Below, in pieces: positions 1 through 12,479 of a DNA stretch of 64,000 nucleotides. The translations under genes and the position numbers were made by a program. The notes below the pieces were generated by a model, which saw only the letters and a program-made list of their open reading frames with translations, had not been told where the DNA came from and made no database searches. Numbering within the stretch: position 1 is the stretch's first letter; each line of letters starts with the position of its first letter. The DNA is taken from assembly GCA_040954595.2 (NCBI GenBank), contig CM082592.2, positions 7,737,677 through 7,801,676 on the forward strand, read 5' to 3'. This DNA is from Balanoglossus misakiensis (lineage: Eukaryota > Animalia > Hemichordata).

Positions 1-70
1 TATTTTCAGTGGAAGACCTACCATTATGACCGATGTCCACATTTCATGATTTAATTGTTTTATTTTTCAG

Positions 71-195
71 ACTGGTTGGATGATGTGGAACTGGATGATT
101 ACTGCAATAGCCGCAGGGTCTGCTATTGTATTGTATGATGGTTCTCCATTGGTACCCTCACCAGATGTTCTCTGGGAACTAATCGATGTGATTGG
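71..195 (+). CDS. AACS: AACS internal exon (TGWMMWNW...LIDVIG)
   Basis: Acceptor ttttcag, donor gtgagt. Confidence 0.93.
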
Positions 196-2558
196 GTGAG
201 TATGGATTTCTATGACCTATCATTGATACCTCCCCAGTGGCCAGGTGTACTCTCAGATCTTGTGCTGGGAATGCATTCAGCTTTTCGGTGTAGTCTGTAT
301 ATCTGTTAGTGTTACAGACATTGTTGATGAATGAAGTATACCTGCTATACCAGACTACGCATTCAACATGGTTTTCACTTATCTTGACAGTGTGACAGTG
401 TTGGGCACTGGAGCCAAATGGTTGGCTGTGTTGGAAGACAAAGGGGTACATCCAGGTAGGTGGTCTATCTTTGAGTTTGTTTATGAAATAGCGAAGTCGG
501 TCACTCATCTATGGGTCCCATCTATGATTTTGTTTCGCTTTCTTTTTTACTTGACAGCTGAAACTCACAGTCTGAAGACTCTAAAATGTATTCTGTCTAC
601 TGGATCACCACTGAAACCAGCAAGTTATGATTATGTCTACAAACACATCAAAGAAGATTTACTACTAGGTTCCATCACAGGTATTGCAAAATATTTTAAT
701 TTTAGACACAGAGAAAAAAGGAGAATTACCTCTTTTGCATTTGCCTTAGGAGTAACTGACATATGCTTCTAATTGATGCTATTGGTGCAATTGTGTTTCT
801 TTGACCAGGTGGTACTGATATCGTTGGGTGTTTTGCCGGCCAATCCTGGATGTTACCAGTGTACAGGGGAGAGTTGCAGACAAGATTACTTGGCATGGCC
901 ATGGAAAGTGCAGATGAAGAAGGTTTGTCTGCCTGTGGTTGTCTTTGTTTATTTTTATATCGCCATGACAATTATTTGTTTCTGTATAACTTCGTCTTTT
1001 TTGGAAGTTTTCATAACTTCCATGTCGCTATCATTGTAATTAAACTCATTGCTGTTTTATATGTATTTTTTTAAAAGGTAAAATCGTATATGATGAGAGC
1101 GGAGAATTGGTGTGTACAAAACCTTTCCCATCAATGCCCACCCACTTCTGGAAAGACCAAGATGGCATCAAGTACAAGAAGGCATACTTCAACAAATATA
1201 ATGGTATGTCTGTGAGTGCATGAACTTTCACCCCTCTGTGAGTGATCTCTCACCACAGCTCCCATTTTTCCCTTACCGGCGCTCTTCTGATAACAGTATG
1301 GGAAAATCTTAGCACAGAAGACAAGCCCATTTGTACAGATGTACACTCACTCAATTATAGCAGGATTTACGCTGTCTGCACCTTTTATGAGTTTTCTGAA
1401 AACTGTTAAACTTTACTTGGTTTTCCAAAGTAAAAATGAATGAGTTAATTTCTCTTAATTGTCTATACTACACTGTTTATTTTTGCCATCTCTTCTCTTG
1501 GACCCCAGGTCTGTGGGCTCATGGTGATTTCTGCGTCGTCAACTCGAAGACTGGAGGCATCGTCATGCTTGGGAGAAGGTGGGTGGACACAAACAAAAGA
1601 TATCTGAAAACTTCTCGTAGAGGGCGTATAACATGCTCCAGTTGACTAATTCTGTATAAATAGTACTTTAATATAGAATAATTGATTCCAATACTCTGTG
1701 ATTTTTTTTGTCTCCAGTGATGGAACACTGAATCCAAACGGTGTCAGATTCGGCAGTGCTGAACTCTACAATGTTGGTAAGTTTTTCCCAGGTCTCGCAA
1801 TCAAAATTTATCTTAAGTCATTTGGATGTCAGAATGATAACAGTAGATTTGGACCAGACCACAGTAGTGAATGGGTTAGATTACAGTTTGATCTACTGAT
1901 CACCAGAGGTTCACGTTTGTGTTTTTTTTTATCATCACCAGTTGAGGGCTTTAAAGAGATACAGGACAGCCTGGCTGTTCCCCAGAGAAACAAGGATGGA
2001 GACGAGAGGGTCATACTGTTCTTGAAGATGGAATCGGGGTTCGATTTCCACGAAGAAACGGTGAAAAGAGTGAAGAACGCCATCAGGAGTCAGTTATCGG
2101 CAAGGCATGTGCCGAGCATCATTCTGAAAACTGAAGATATTCCAGTAAGTACAATGTACTTGAAAATCAATTTTTTGGCACTTATGTAAGAATTTGGATA
2201 TATGCAGATCAGTGTGCCCTCTAACAGACATAATTTCTAAAAGCTGTGAGTCGATTTGAGAAATCCTAGAAAATAGATTGATTACATTGTAGTTGTTGTA
2301 GTTTTTGGACTGCATTTGTGAAAGTGATACAGGGGCTGAGTTTAGTTATGAAATACTTTCAGTTTGATTAATCATTGCTTTTGTCAAACTTGTCTCTTCT
2401 CTGTGCTTTCTCCGTTTCAGTACACAATCAGTGGCAAAAAAGTGGAAGTGGCTGTGAGAAGGATCATATCAGGTGAAGACATCAAAGTAAGGGGAGCCTT
2501 CACAAATCCAGATTCACTGGATCTGTACTATGATCTCCCAGAACTGCAGGGTTACTAA
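71..2558 (+). CDS. AACS: Acetoacetyl-CoA synthetase, 3' part (last 9 coding exons; 5' end lies upstream of the window)
   Basis: Exons 71-195, 391-455, 558-680, 809-922, 1078-1203, 1509-1578, 1718-1776, 1942-2144 and 2421-2558(TAA) are all GT-AG and phase-compatible. The translation has [62 protein letters not shown] and [12 protein letters not shown], which are hallmark AACS / acyl-CoA synthetase motifs. Confidence 0.97.
391..455 (+). CDS. AACS: AACS internal exon ([11 protein letters not shown]...)
   Basis: Acceptor ttgacag, donor gtaggt; phase 2 in, phase 1 out. Confidence 0.92.
558..680 (+). CDS. AACS: AACS internal exon (ETHSLK...STGSPL...GSIT)
   Basis: Acceptor ttgacag, donor gtattg. 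Confidence 0.93.
809..922 (+). CDS. AACS: AACS internal exon (GGTDIVGCF...DEE)
   Basis: Acceptor gaccag, donor gtttgt. Confidence 0.92.
1078..1203 (+). CDS. AACS: AACS internal exon ([17 protein letters not shown]...)
   Basis: Acceptor taaaag, donor gtatgt. Confidence 0.92.
1509..1578 (+). CDS. AACS: AACS internal exon (GLWAHGDF...MLGR)
   Basis: Acceptor ccccag, donor gtgggt. Confidence 0.93.
1718..1776 (+). CDS. AACS: AACS internal exon ([19 protein letters not shown])
   Basis: Acceptor ctccag, donor gtaagt. Confidence 0.94.
1942..2144 (+). CDS. AACS: AACS penultimate exon ([11 protein letters not shown]...EDIP)
   Basis: Acceptor caccag, donor gtaagt. Confidence 0.94.
2421..2558 (+). CDS. 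AACS: AACS last coding exon ([12 protein letters not shown]...LQGY*)
   Basis: Acceptor tttcag, stop TAA. Confidence 0.95.
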   Translation, partial: YTISGKKVEVAVRRIISGEDIKVRGAFTNPDSLDLYYDLPELQGY

Positions 2559-3667
2559 GAAGAAAAAAAACCTTTTCCATCTTCATCTCTTCAATGAAGC
2601 AGCTGACCAGAAAATCAACAAGATCTTCCATCGAGACATAATAATAAGGTGCCACAAGTTCCAATTTGAGTATATCAACACATTCCTATTTTAACAGGTC
2701 TCTTGTGATATCTGTTGGCCTGATGATTGGCAAATACTCAGGCAATCAATCTTTAAATAATACAGAGTTTTTTGGGGTAAAACGTCTCCAATAGACGTTT
2801 GCTGTCTACAAAACATGTTTATAAATAGACATCTGCTAATATAGCGCAGAACTGTTTTAATTGATACATATACTGTCCATATTTTGAAATGACTTCACAA
2901 GTATAATTTTATTTTACCTTAAAGGTAGTGGGTATATGTGTATGGTGTGGTTAGATGGGCACACAACACAGTTGGTGAAAGTTGTGAATGGGTATACAAC
3001 CCAGTTAGGATGGGCACCTAAAAGGTGATGCCTGAAAGGTATGGTCCCTCTCCAGTATAACTGGAATTCCAGGCACCTCCAAGGTAGAGCTGGTGTAAAC
3101 ACACTTTTGACAGTTATCTAAATGGGGTATCTAATGAATTGGGTATTTGTTAATGTGGTGTAATGTGTATTGTGGCTTCAGCCTGTACTCCTGTTAGTAA
3201 GATGTTGTTGTAACACTGTTATGTGTAACACAGAACTTCAAATTCCAATTTAAGAACTACTTGTTTTACATCAGTAGAGAGACATAAAATCTAATCTTTG
3301 TGCATTTGTATCTTATATGTTCCCTCCAGTGTCTCATGAAGACTTTGTTTAATCAAACATAAAACGGATGTTTTTAAAAATCAATTTGAAGACAGGCTGT
3401 GGTAGGAAAAAGTACATGTATAACTTTAAATGCGGAGACAATTTAGTGTTTTAAAGCAAGAGATGCCAACAGTCAAACTGATTCTATTCTACATTGTCAA
3501 TGATTAGTTTTGATTTTATTTATGGGTGGTGTAATCTAAATGGGCAAAAAATTGAAATAATTTTGGGGAATAATTGATGGAAATATCACTGCAAAGAATA
3601 TAATGCAAAAATTTAAATGTGCAATTCCTTCATTCAAGTTATGGTAGCTAAATATTTAATAATATAG

Positions 3668-3673
3668 AATAAA
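3668..3673 (+). terminator. Candidate AACS polyadenylation signal (AATAAA)
   Basis: AATAAA at the end of an AT-rich ~1.1 kb putative 3' UTR. Confidence 0.5.
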
Positions 3674-3803
3674 ATTGTCTTTTTAAATATGAACATTATC
3701 ATTGGTTTGAAACAATGTTACCAACTACTAACAAAATTGCTGGCAATATCACCATTGCAAATGAACTTCAAAGGTGTTGGGTTAAAATTTGCCCCTGGGT
3801 TAT

Positions 3804-3818
3804 AGCGCCCTCTTCTGG
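3804..3818 (-). promoter_or_regulatory. CTCF-like motif downstream of AACS
   Basis: AGCGCCCTCTTCTGG; its reverse complement CCAGAAGAGGGCGCT fits the CTCF core consensus. Confidence 0.55.
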
Positions 3819-6800
3819 CAAACTCAAAGATATTGGCAGAATTCATATCACCTTGGAAGTTTCAGTTTACGTATTTGCGGTGATTTCAGAGTTCAATATC
3901 ATATATTTTGAGAGGTACATAGATCATGGTCATGTTTTGCCAATTAGTGCCTAGATTAGAAGAGTTCCAATTCGACAAAAACGGGAGAGTGCTTATTAAA
4001 TTTTTCCACTTAATTTAACCAACATGATTTGGGCTTTATGAGAAATTCACTTGGTTGACCAACATGCGTCGAATTCACCAGCTGGGCGTTTCATTCTGCA
4101 TGCTTTCTTTTTTACAATGTGAATCAACCTTGCAGGTTTTGTTGTCGCAATGAATGACTTTGCAAGCCAGTATCCGTAGTATTTATAACTGAAATCCCAG
4201 CTCTGCATTTTTAGATGCGGACAGTGCTCATTTGTTCTTTTGTTTTTTTTCTTGTCTCCCGACGTCAAACGCCTGTCAACATAATCAAAGAGTGAAGTTG
4301 AAACAGCTCCCTCACTTGATTTATTCCCACGTTGACCACATCGCTGAATATGAAGTCAAGTTTTGCACCCCGACTGTAAATCTGACCGCTCATAACTGTC
4401 TGCATTTGGCCACTATTTTCTTCTCTTTTTTCACACCCACAGACGCAAGGTCATTTGCAAGGTCGTCCCGCACTCCCACAAAGGCCTTTTCCAAGCAGAT
4501 TACTTGCATAAATTAATTAACCGCAAAAGAAAAAGCAATAAGGGGGAGGGGAGAAGGCTAGGAGGCGTTGTCCCTCTAAGCCCAGTTGTTATGGGGTTTT
4601 ATGTCCACCCTGCTCTGGTCTTTGTGCTTTATAGTTGGAAGACCAAAGTGAGTGTGTTGACTGGCGTACCTAGCAAGTTTTATTAGCGCCTGACCTAGCT
4701 GCAGACATAAACGTTAAAGCACCCAATGAGAGGCCAACACAATCAGACTGCACACTCGTAAAACACTTCACCATAGTAGTCTCACTGACTCTCCTCATAA
4801 ACCATTCCCCCACTCAAGGACAGTGTTGTAATTACCCAAACCTGTCCATACACGGGGTCAGCGCAGCTCGGTGATATTTTCCGCCCGTATCGGAAAAATT
4901 AAACAAAAAATCTTGCGTTTTCCCCCACTTCCTGCCGGAAGGACTTCCCCTGGAATACCTTTCCGCTCTCGACAGATGCGGGATCCCCCCGGCATCTTAT
5001 TCTTTGTCTCATTCAGTATTTTCTCCGCAATGCACCGGAGTTCAGGCAGTTAAAATTTACGAGGCAAAGATTTACAGTTTTAGTGATGTCATGGTTTTTT
5101 ACTATAAGATGGTGGGTGATGGAGAGACCGGTATAAGAATGGAAAAAAAGGGGGGAGTGGGATGTTACAAAAAATATGCGAGTCAGAAAGAGTGGCTTTT
5201 GATGTTGTTGGTGACCGTGTCATGGCCACACAGGCCAAACCCACCAATAGCAAACCAGGTTGTAAAAAAATTTGCAAATATTTTTTCCACCAAGTTTAAA
5301 GTACGTTTCATAGCAGCATGGCAATATTACAGGGGGGATCTATCACTCATCTCCTTTCTCGCACTTGCAAAAAAAAAATACAACTTAATACAGCAATGGA
5401 TTTTCAATTGCTTGTTGCTAATTCGATGTCAATTAAGAATATATAAAATATAATAAAACACTTTGCTAGATTGACCTCAGTAGTACCATATATTTCATTT
5501 TTCATTGCCCAATATGGTGTCATGAAGTTGGTCCTTGGTTTTTTTACACAAATGGGAAATGGCCTGTGTTTTTGAAAATGGACCATGTGGCCAAGAATAA
5601 CTACCAAATGGACCAATATGCTGCTTTGATGTTTCATATTTTGACTAATTATATAGAAAGGTCATAGAATTGTTTAGTCTTACAAATGCTGCAAAAATTG
5701 TGAAATGCAAATGTTATGTGGGGTACAGAAAAAACACCAATTTATCATGGTTTTATACAGATCCAGCCACTTTACTTTTTTATCAAATTTGTCAATATTT
5801 TAGGAAATTTGAGTATGCGTATATGTATATGTTCATGTGTATACATATATGAATGTATGAACATATGGGTGTGAAGGCACCATATTGTATAAAAGTGCAA
5901 ATTATTTTCACCCATATCCTAACCTCTATATACAAATGGTTCATCCCAACACAGTCGAGGAAGGGGGGGGGGTTGTTTAAATGCTTTCATTCACCTTTAG
6001 CTGTGTTTTTCTTAAAATTTCTTTAATCCTACAGAGTCACCACCGGCTCCAGGCCGGGGTACGAGTGAAAATGTCGGGAAATAGTGTCGATGTCGCAGTT
6101 TTTCCTGACAATCGTCAACTTTACGATCATCCATTGATGGGCCTCCCCAGCTCTTCAACAAAAGCTGAAAAGGCTGACCCAATGAAGTGTGTGGCACATG
6201 GACTTTAAAATGCTTTTCATCCTCGCCAGAACCAGGGACCCCATTTTTATTTGCTCGTAAAAATGGCTTCACTTTGGACAAACTCCAACAACACAAGAGG
6301 GAGATTTATCCCACAATCCAAGGATTCATGAAATCAGTTTGAAAACAAAATTCAAATTGTTGCAATATTGCCATTGATCAATCAGATTGCACCACTAAAA
6401 GTTGCAAACCATAGTGAGATCTTGTTTGGTTTTTGTTCTCTTGCGTATTCTGCCCATTTGAGCAATTTACCTATTTTATTTCTTTTTTCGCTCTCCAGGG
6501 ATAGAAATTCAGACTATTAACGAACTGACAGACAAGACAGGGGACATATTTACATGTTTGGCACAATAATTGAGTCCATGTTTGGGGTGCATAAAAAATC
6601 GGAAGGTCCAGAACCTGAATGTGGCTGGGGTTTTTATTGAGATGGGGGCTAGCCTCTGTCACAGCACTTCAACTCATACTTTCACCCAGTTCCCAGCCCA
6701 GGATTGCAGGGTTTTTATGACCAAAATTTTGTGGGAATTCCAGCCATATAGCTGGAATGGCTATACCTACAAAGATAAATAAGTGAGACATACCTCAGTA

Positions 6801-9090
6801 GCCTTCCGGGTTTTTATGGGAAACCGCGGAGGCACTGAAAAACAAGTACTTCCTGAAAGTTCCTGCGTATAGACTTTATTTCGTCTGTCCTTTTCAAGTT
6901 TGTCTCGAACAGTGTATCGTTTCATGACTTGCTGGACTTGGGAAGTCAGGAATCACATTTTATACTCAGAACGACTCACAAACAAATTTGTGTGATGACT
7001 CTGGGCTGTGTTAGCATGTAGTTCTGTAATTTCTCTTTGATTTCAAATGAAATGAAACGAGAAAAATAGATTGACTTATTAGCAGGGGGCCAGATGATCA
7101 CTCACCTGACACTGCTATATTACCGGTAGAAGCAAATACGCCCTCCCGTTGCCAGGGCCAACACTTTTCTATCTTCAGATTAATATAATTAATTTACATG
7201 CCTATTGTGAAAAATTTATGATTTAGTGAAAGTAGCTTATTTTCGTTGAAAACGCATAGCAATCTGGGACCATGTGAACACTGGTGTGTACGAATATATT
7301 ACTGCATTATGTTAAATGGTTCCGTTCGATTGGCTGAAAGTGTAGTAGACAGGAGCGCATCTGCTTTCGCGAAAAACTGCCAGAGCTAATTCCGCGACAC
7401 GCATTAACACTCCATTCTACAAAACAACATCCTCCGAGAAGGAAAAAAAGCAAGTGCCAAAGTATGGCGCTTGTCTTGGAAATACATCAGCAGATATCAA
7501 CTGTTATTGAAGAAATGTTTTCCTCATTTATTGAGGGGAAATTGGGCAATAAATCACGGGCGCAGTGTTGCTGGGCCCAGTCGGGATGCCTGCTAACTAG
7601 GCAGTTGGCCATTTGTTTAAGCAGTGATAGAGGCCGGCAACTTGTCCCATAAATTAGGCATAAGCTGGCCATTAGGACTTGTACTACATGCCGGGGCTCT
7701 ATACACAGCCACTTGAGGGACAAAGTGTTGGAGACACCAGATTGCTGGGATAAGCTCTCGGCCCTCCACCCTGCAGATTCAACAATCGTCAATGATCTGT
7801 CAAATGATATAGCTCAGTGGCTGAATGGTTTCATAGTCTAAGAGAGAGTGGGGCGGGGGAGGGAGAGATAGATAGATAGATATAAAATTTAAAGATTGGG
7901 CTTCATTTGCTTGAAACTGTTTTGGAGTGACACACTTTTGAGTGACAGTTTTTAATGAAAAATTAATTATTTATTTAAAGTCAACAGGAAAATTATGCAT
8001 ACATGTCATACAATTCTCTCAAAATAATACACGTCATTTACATCTTGTCGCCTGCACACCATGCATTTTGAAAAAAAATAAATACTCTTTTCATCATGCA
8101 GAAGTATCTTCAATGACAGTCAGAATCCACTTCAGGATTATCATTTGTCTTTGTGCATAGCCTGAAATAACAAAAAATGAAAAATTACATTTTAATGCAA
8201 CTTAACAAAATTGTGTGCATTTTTGTATATTTTGAAAAGAACCCAGTTTCCCTATCAATTCTTTCTAGGCCCCTAGATGAAATGAAATGAAATTTTGAGA
8301 AGCACCCAGCCTTCCGATGAAATTGTACAAAATTAATCATCACTTTTGGACACCAGGTTTATTACAGAACTGTGACGAATCTACTTCTGTCTACCAAATA
8401 TGCTTTGTTATATGACCGCTTCTTCATAAAACGGCAGTTAAAGTATTTTAAACATCGACTGGTATTTTGCCTTCTTCCTCATTCCGGGCAATCTGCATTG
8501 GGGATGTAGCCATCACTCGCTGTTTTTATGAAAGTCCATAAAAATGCAATTTCAAAGCAGGCAAAGTAAATTAGTTTTTTTACCCCTCCCCTAAGTGATA
8601 GATTTGCATTTATGATCGATTGTTTTTCTCTTTTCATTCAATGCCACCGCCAGCCACCTGCTCGAGTAATTTGTGCAACCTCTGTAGCTTCAGATTGCTA
8701 TGCTTATCTTTAATATTCCCAGCAGTGATGTGAAAATACAGGTAGAAAATACAGAGTCGCCCCAAAGTCACTTAATCGTTCTGGTTGTTTAGGACGTGAC
8801 ATGCCGACAGTGTACAGCAATTTCTGACTTCACTACAAATTGAGTGAAATGTTTCGGGAGTAGATGCTTCAGCTGTTGCCGGGGGTGATTTGTGAGATTT
8901 CTAACAGAGCGTGTGTGACCAACGGACATATTTCATGGCAATTAGCACTGGGTGACTATACAGTGGAAGCGAGCGCGAGCGCACACACACACATCGCATC
9001 CGAGAAAGTCTGTGTTGTAAGAAAACACACAAAAATGCCCTAAGACCCGACATGACAAGAAGTACAACTGTCATCTTTTTCTGTCTGTTA

Positions 9091-9170
9091 TTAACCCTTT
9101 CACCCCCAGTTTCCTTTTTAGAGGTCCAACCTTACCATAGAAAACAATGGGTTTGGACTGAACCATGGTG
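9091..9170. mobile_element. ~90-bp TTAA-flanked MITE, copy 1 (one end missing)
   Basis: TTAACCCTTTCACCCCCAGTTTCC...AACCATGGTG, homologous to the copies at 34431 and 38404. Confidence 0.75.
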
Positions 9171-12100
9171 AGGCTGAATGATTCTTTAGGGTTTCAAGGT
9201 TTCACATTTTTTTCTTCAAAAATGTGAAAATGCAGAACTACTCAATTCAAGGTTTTACTCTTGATTGAAGAAATGTTTTGTAGTTATCAGTATACATAGA
9301 AGTTTGACATGCAAGTAATAATTATCAGATGTTCGCAAGGAACACACACATCGCCCATGACTTTGACCTTGAAGGTCGTGTCGAATCGATGTACTTGAGC
9401 AGGTTACTGATGAAACCAAGCCTGTAGTGTTAATTTCTGGTGTTTCAGTTAAGGTAACATCGTTGGATTTGGCTGAAAATATGCTATGTCCATACAGGTT
9501 CATTTACACTGGATACTGTAATATATTTGATTGATCAAATTAACGTAACTTACAAACAAACGGACAGAACTTAGAAATGCTCCGATCGAGCCGCAAACAA
9601 GAAAATAACTTTCTCCGCAGCGCGACTGATGAATCCGTATCTTTTAAAATCAGCGTAGCAACCCCACTGGGGTCAAGTACTAGGGGGGGGTTGACATCTT
9701 TATTGCCGGGGCGAGGACTGAAATTTACAGAAATATACACAGTGATATATGGAGAATCCAAGGTCAAAAGGTCAACAGAATCATCAAAATAGCCCTTATT
9801 TATGGTTACTTGGTAACGGGCGCACATAAAAGTGACAAAACAGACGGAAGGGATGGGGACGTTTCGTGACAATCGTGAATCACAACAATGAAGCCGATGT
9901 CACCGCCAATTGTTGACAAAGCTATGGGAATTTTTTGTTTTTTAATTAAAACGACTCCAACAGTCAAACTGGAAAAATTGAAACTACTCGTAGGTTTCAT
10001 CATTATGGTGCGTATAAGCTACAGAAAAAGGAGCGATATTGCATGTTTTGTTTTCAATGAAATGTTCAGTACTGTCTGAACTTTAATTTTACATGGCTGT
10101 ACATTTGACTGAAATTACATGCACAAAACTGTACAATTGACTTGGTGATGGTATATTGGCGGCGCATTTTTTTTTCAGATACGGCTGTTTTTCATTTATA
10201 CGCGATCACCGCCTAACTGATATAAGCACTCAGCGTAAGAACAATAAAATCTCCCGGCACGTGAGTTGAACACCTATCTCTTGCCCAGAATCACACCCCC
10301 CCCCCAAAAAAAAAAAAAAAAAAATTCACCTCAACTAGGTACGACTGTAATTGCCAAAGCTTAAATCTGATAATTAATGATCTATACTCTCCAACTGTAA
10401 TCACGATTTCACAGCTATTAGTGCATCCTGCTGCAAACACCTGAATTCGCTCTGACAATATCTCATTTGTAATGGGTCAGCATCGCTAAAAATACACCGT
10501 GATAACACTCGATAAAACCGAAGACTGTTAACTGCTAATTGTTAATTATCAGCCACAGCCGGGGCTTTTCGACCCCCTCTTTCGTGGATATCCTGGCCGA
10601 TGTCCAAACCGACTGAGGAACTATAACACAATGCAGTATCTGTCGCAGTCGGATGCATACAGGTGTGTGGACGCTGAGCGCCGGGGAAACAGATTTATGT
10701 ATTAACAGGAGGTCACTGCAGGTGTGGCACAGACTGACTTTGCATGCTAGCAAAGGGAGAGATGAAAAAAAGAGGACCATTTGTAATAAACAAATTCCCT
10801 AAATATATATACGTGCACCTAGACACATTATTGTGCGTGCCCACATACACACACATCTTTTCATAACACACACCTTAGCCAATTATTCAAAAATAATTTG
10901 CAAAGTGACACACAAATAAATTCTTCACTCCAGAGTTTATTTCACAGCTATAGTGACTTCATTTCCACATAAAAACTTGTCTCATGAAGATTACAGCTCA
11001 GACTTGTCAATTCACACCTTGCAGGCTTTCTAGAATGTACACACGCAAGCTATTAAACACACAATTTGTATGTTCATATTTCATACAATGGTCAAAAGTA
11101 GATTTTACGCTGGAATTGGTGCCATAATTTACCCTGAAAACCAACAAGAAAAACCGCTCCTCCAATCAGAATAACACATTACCAAATTCCTTATTTCTGA
11201 ATTCTCATTATTGCATAACCATGGTAACCTGTATGTATCATATGAATTTCAAGAAATGAGGCTTTCCTTTTGTGCTGAGAATTTAAATTTAAATTGAAAC
11301 ACAAAATAAAAAAATTAAAATAAAAAATGATTAATTGGTGCAAAGCTCTGTCAAAACCCCCACTGTCTAATTCTGAGTAAATTTAATAAACCGGCGTCTG
11401 TGGCGGGTATTATGGAAGGGTAATTCATCAAACACTAAAATTTAATCACTTTGCAGGGCACTGAACAAACACAGTCGCAAACGCCTGGGCTTCCTGGACC
11501 TCTGCCGTGGTATGAGCGCCAACGCCGTTTGCGCGATCCGACCGTCGCCATACCAGGATCCCCCGGGTTCTGTAATCCCCTAGCGTATAGGTGTGACTCG
11601 CACAGGTACCGAGTTGCCATAAAGACGCAATCCCGGCGAGCAATGTCTGGGGCCGTCGCGACCGATGAAAGGGCCCCGCTGTCAAAACCACTTCTGACAA
11701 ATAGTTATCTCACTGTGTAACAGGTAGCTCCTGCAATTATGATCTGACTCAACACAATCCCCTCACTGTGCAGGTTGGCCTGGTTCAGAGGTCAAAGTTC
11801 ATATTCTGATAACCCAAACTTTTTTGGAAAGCAGCATATATATTTATCAAATACTTCAATTTTGTTAAGTTTTATATTCCACAGTCGATACTTTGTAGGC
11901 ATATGTCTTGCAGTCTGGGTGATAACACAGCCTAATACTAGCAATTTATTTCTTACTCAATACCAAAACTTAATTACATTGTATTAAGAAGTATATAAAT
12001 TAACTCAAACTTGAAAGTTTTGCTTTCTAAAACAAGCCAATGTTGAATGAAAGCCATGTTCAAGTTTATCAATGGGGTTAATAAACTGAAAAAAAAAATA

Positions 12101-12479
12101 CCTCTTCACCCAAAAGTCCCACAGAGCAATGCCCCCCCCCCCCCCCAACAGAAGGGATTTCATTGTACTCTGTGGTACGTGGTACCTCCATGGACTGGGC
12201 AAGCCATTCCTGCATTAAACCTGTTGAACTAATCAATTAGTCACACTTCCCCCTTTATTGTTTCTGTTGATACAAATGACACTGTATCCAGTTAACTGAA
12301 TCACCAATCAAACATGCTGTAACGTGGGTGCCAGTATCACTTACTTGCAACAATGTAGCCATACAGTTTAATTCACAAGCCTCTCACCTGGGCAGATGTG
12401 GCCCATTAGCAACAACATCAAGACAGATTGTCCAAGCAGAATTTCCATAATTTTATATTCCTATTTTTAAAAAACTCCT

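Noticed and set aside
4850-6350. Possible degenerate transposon or pseudogene (149-aa and 75-aa ORFs)
   Set aside because: No terminal repeats, TSD or transposase/RT motifs could be established by eye; needs RepeatMasker
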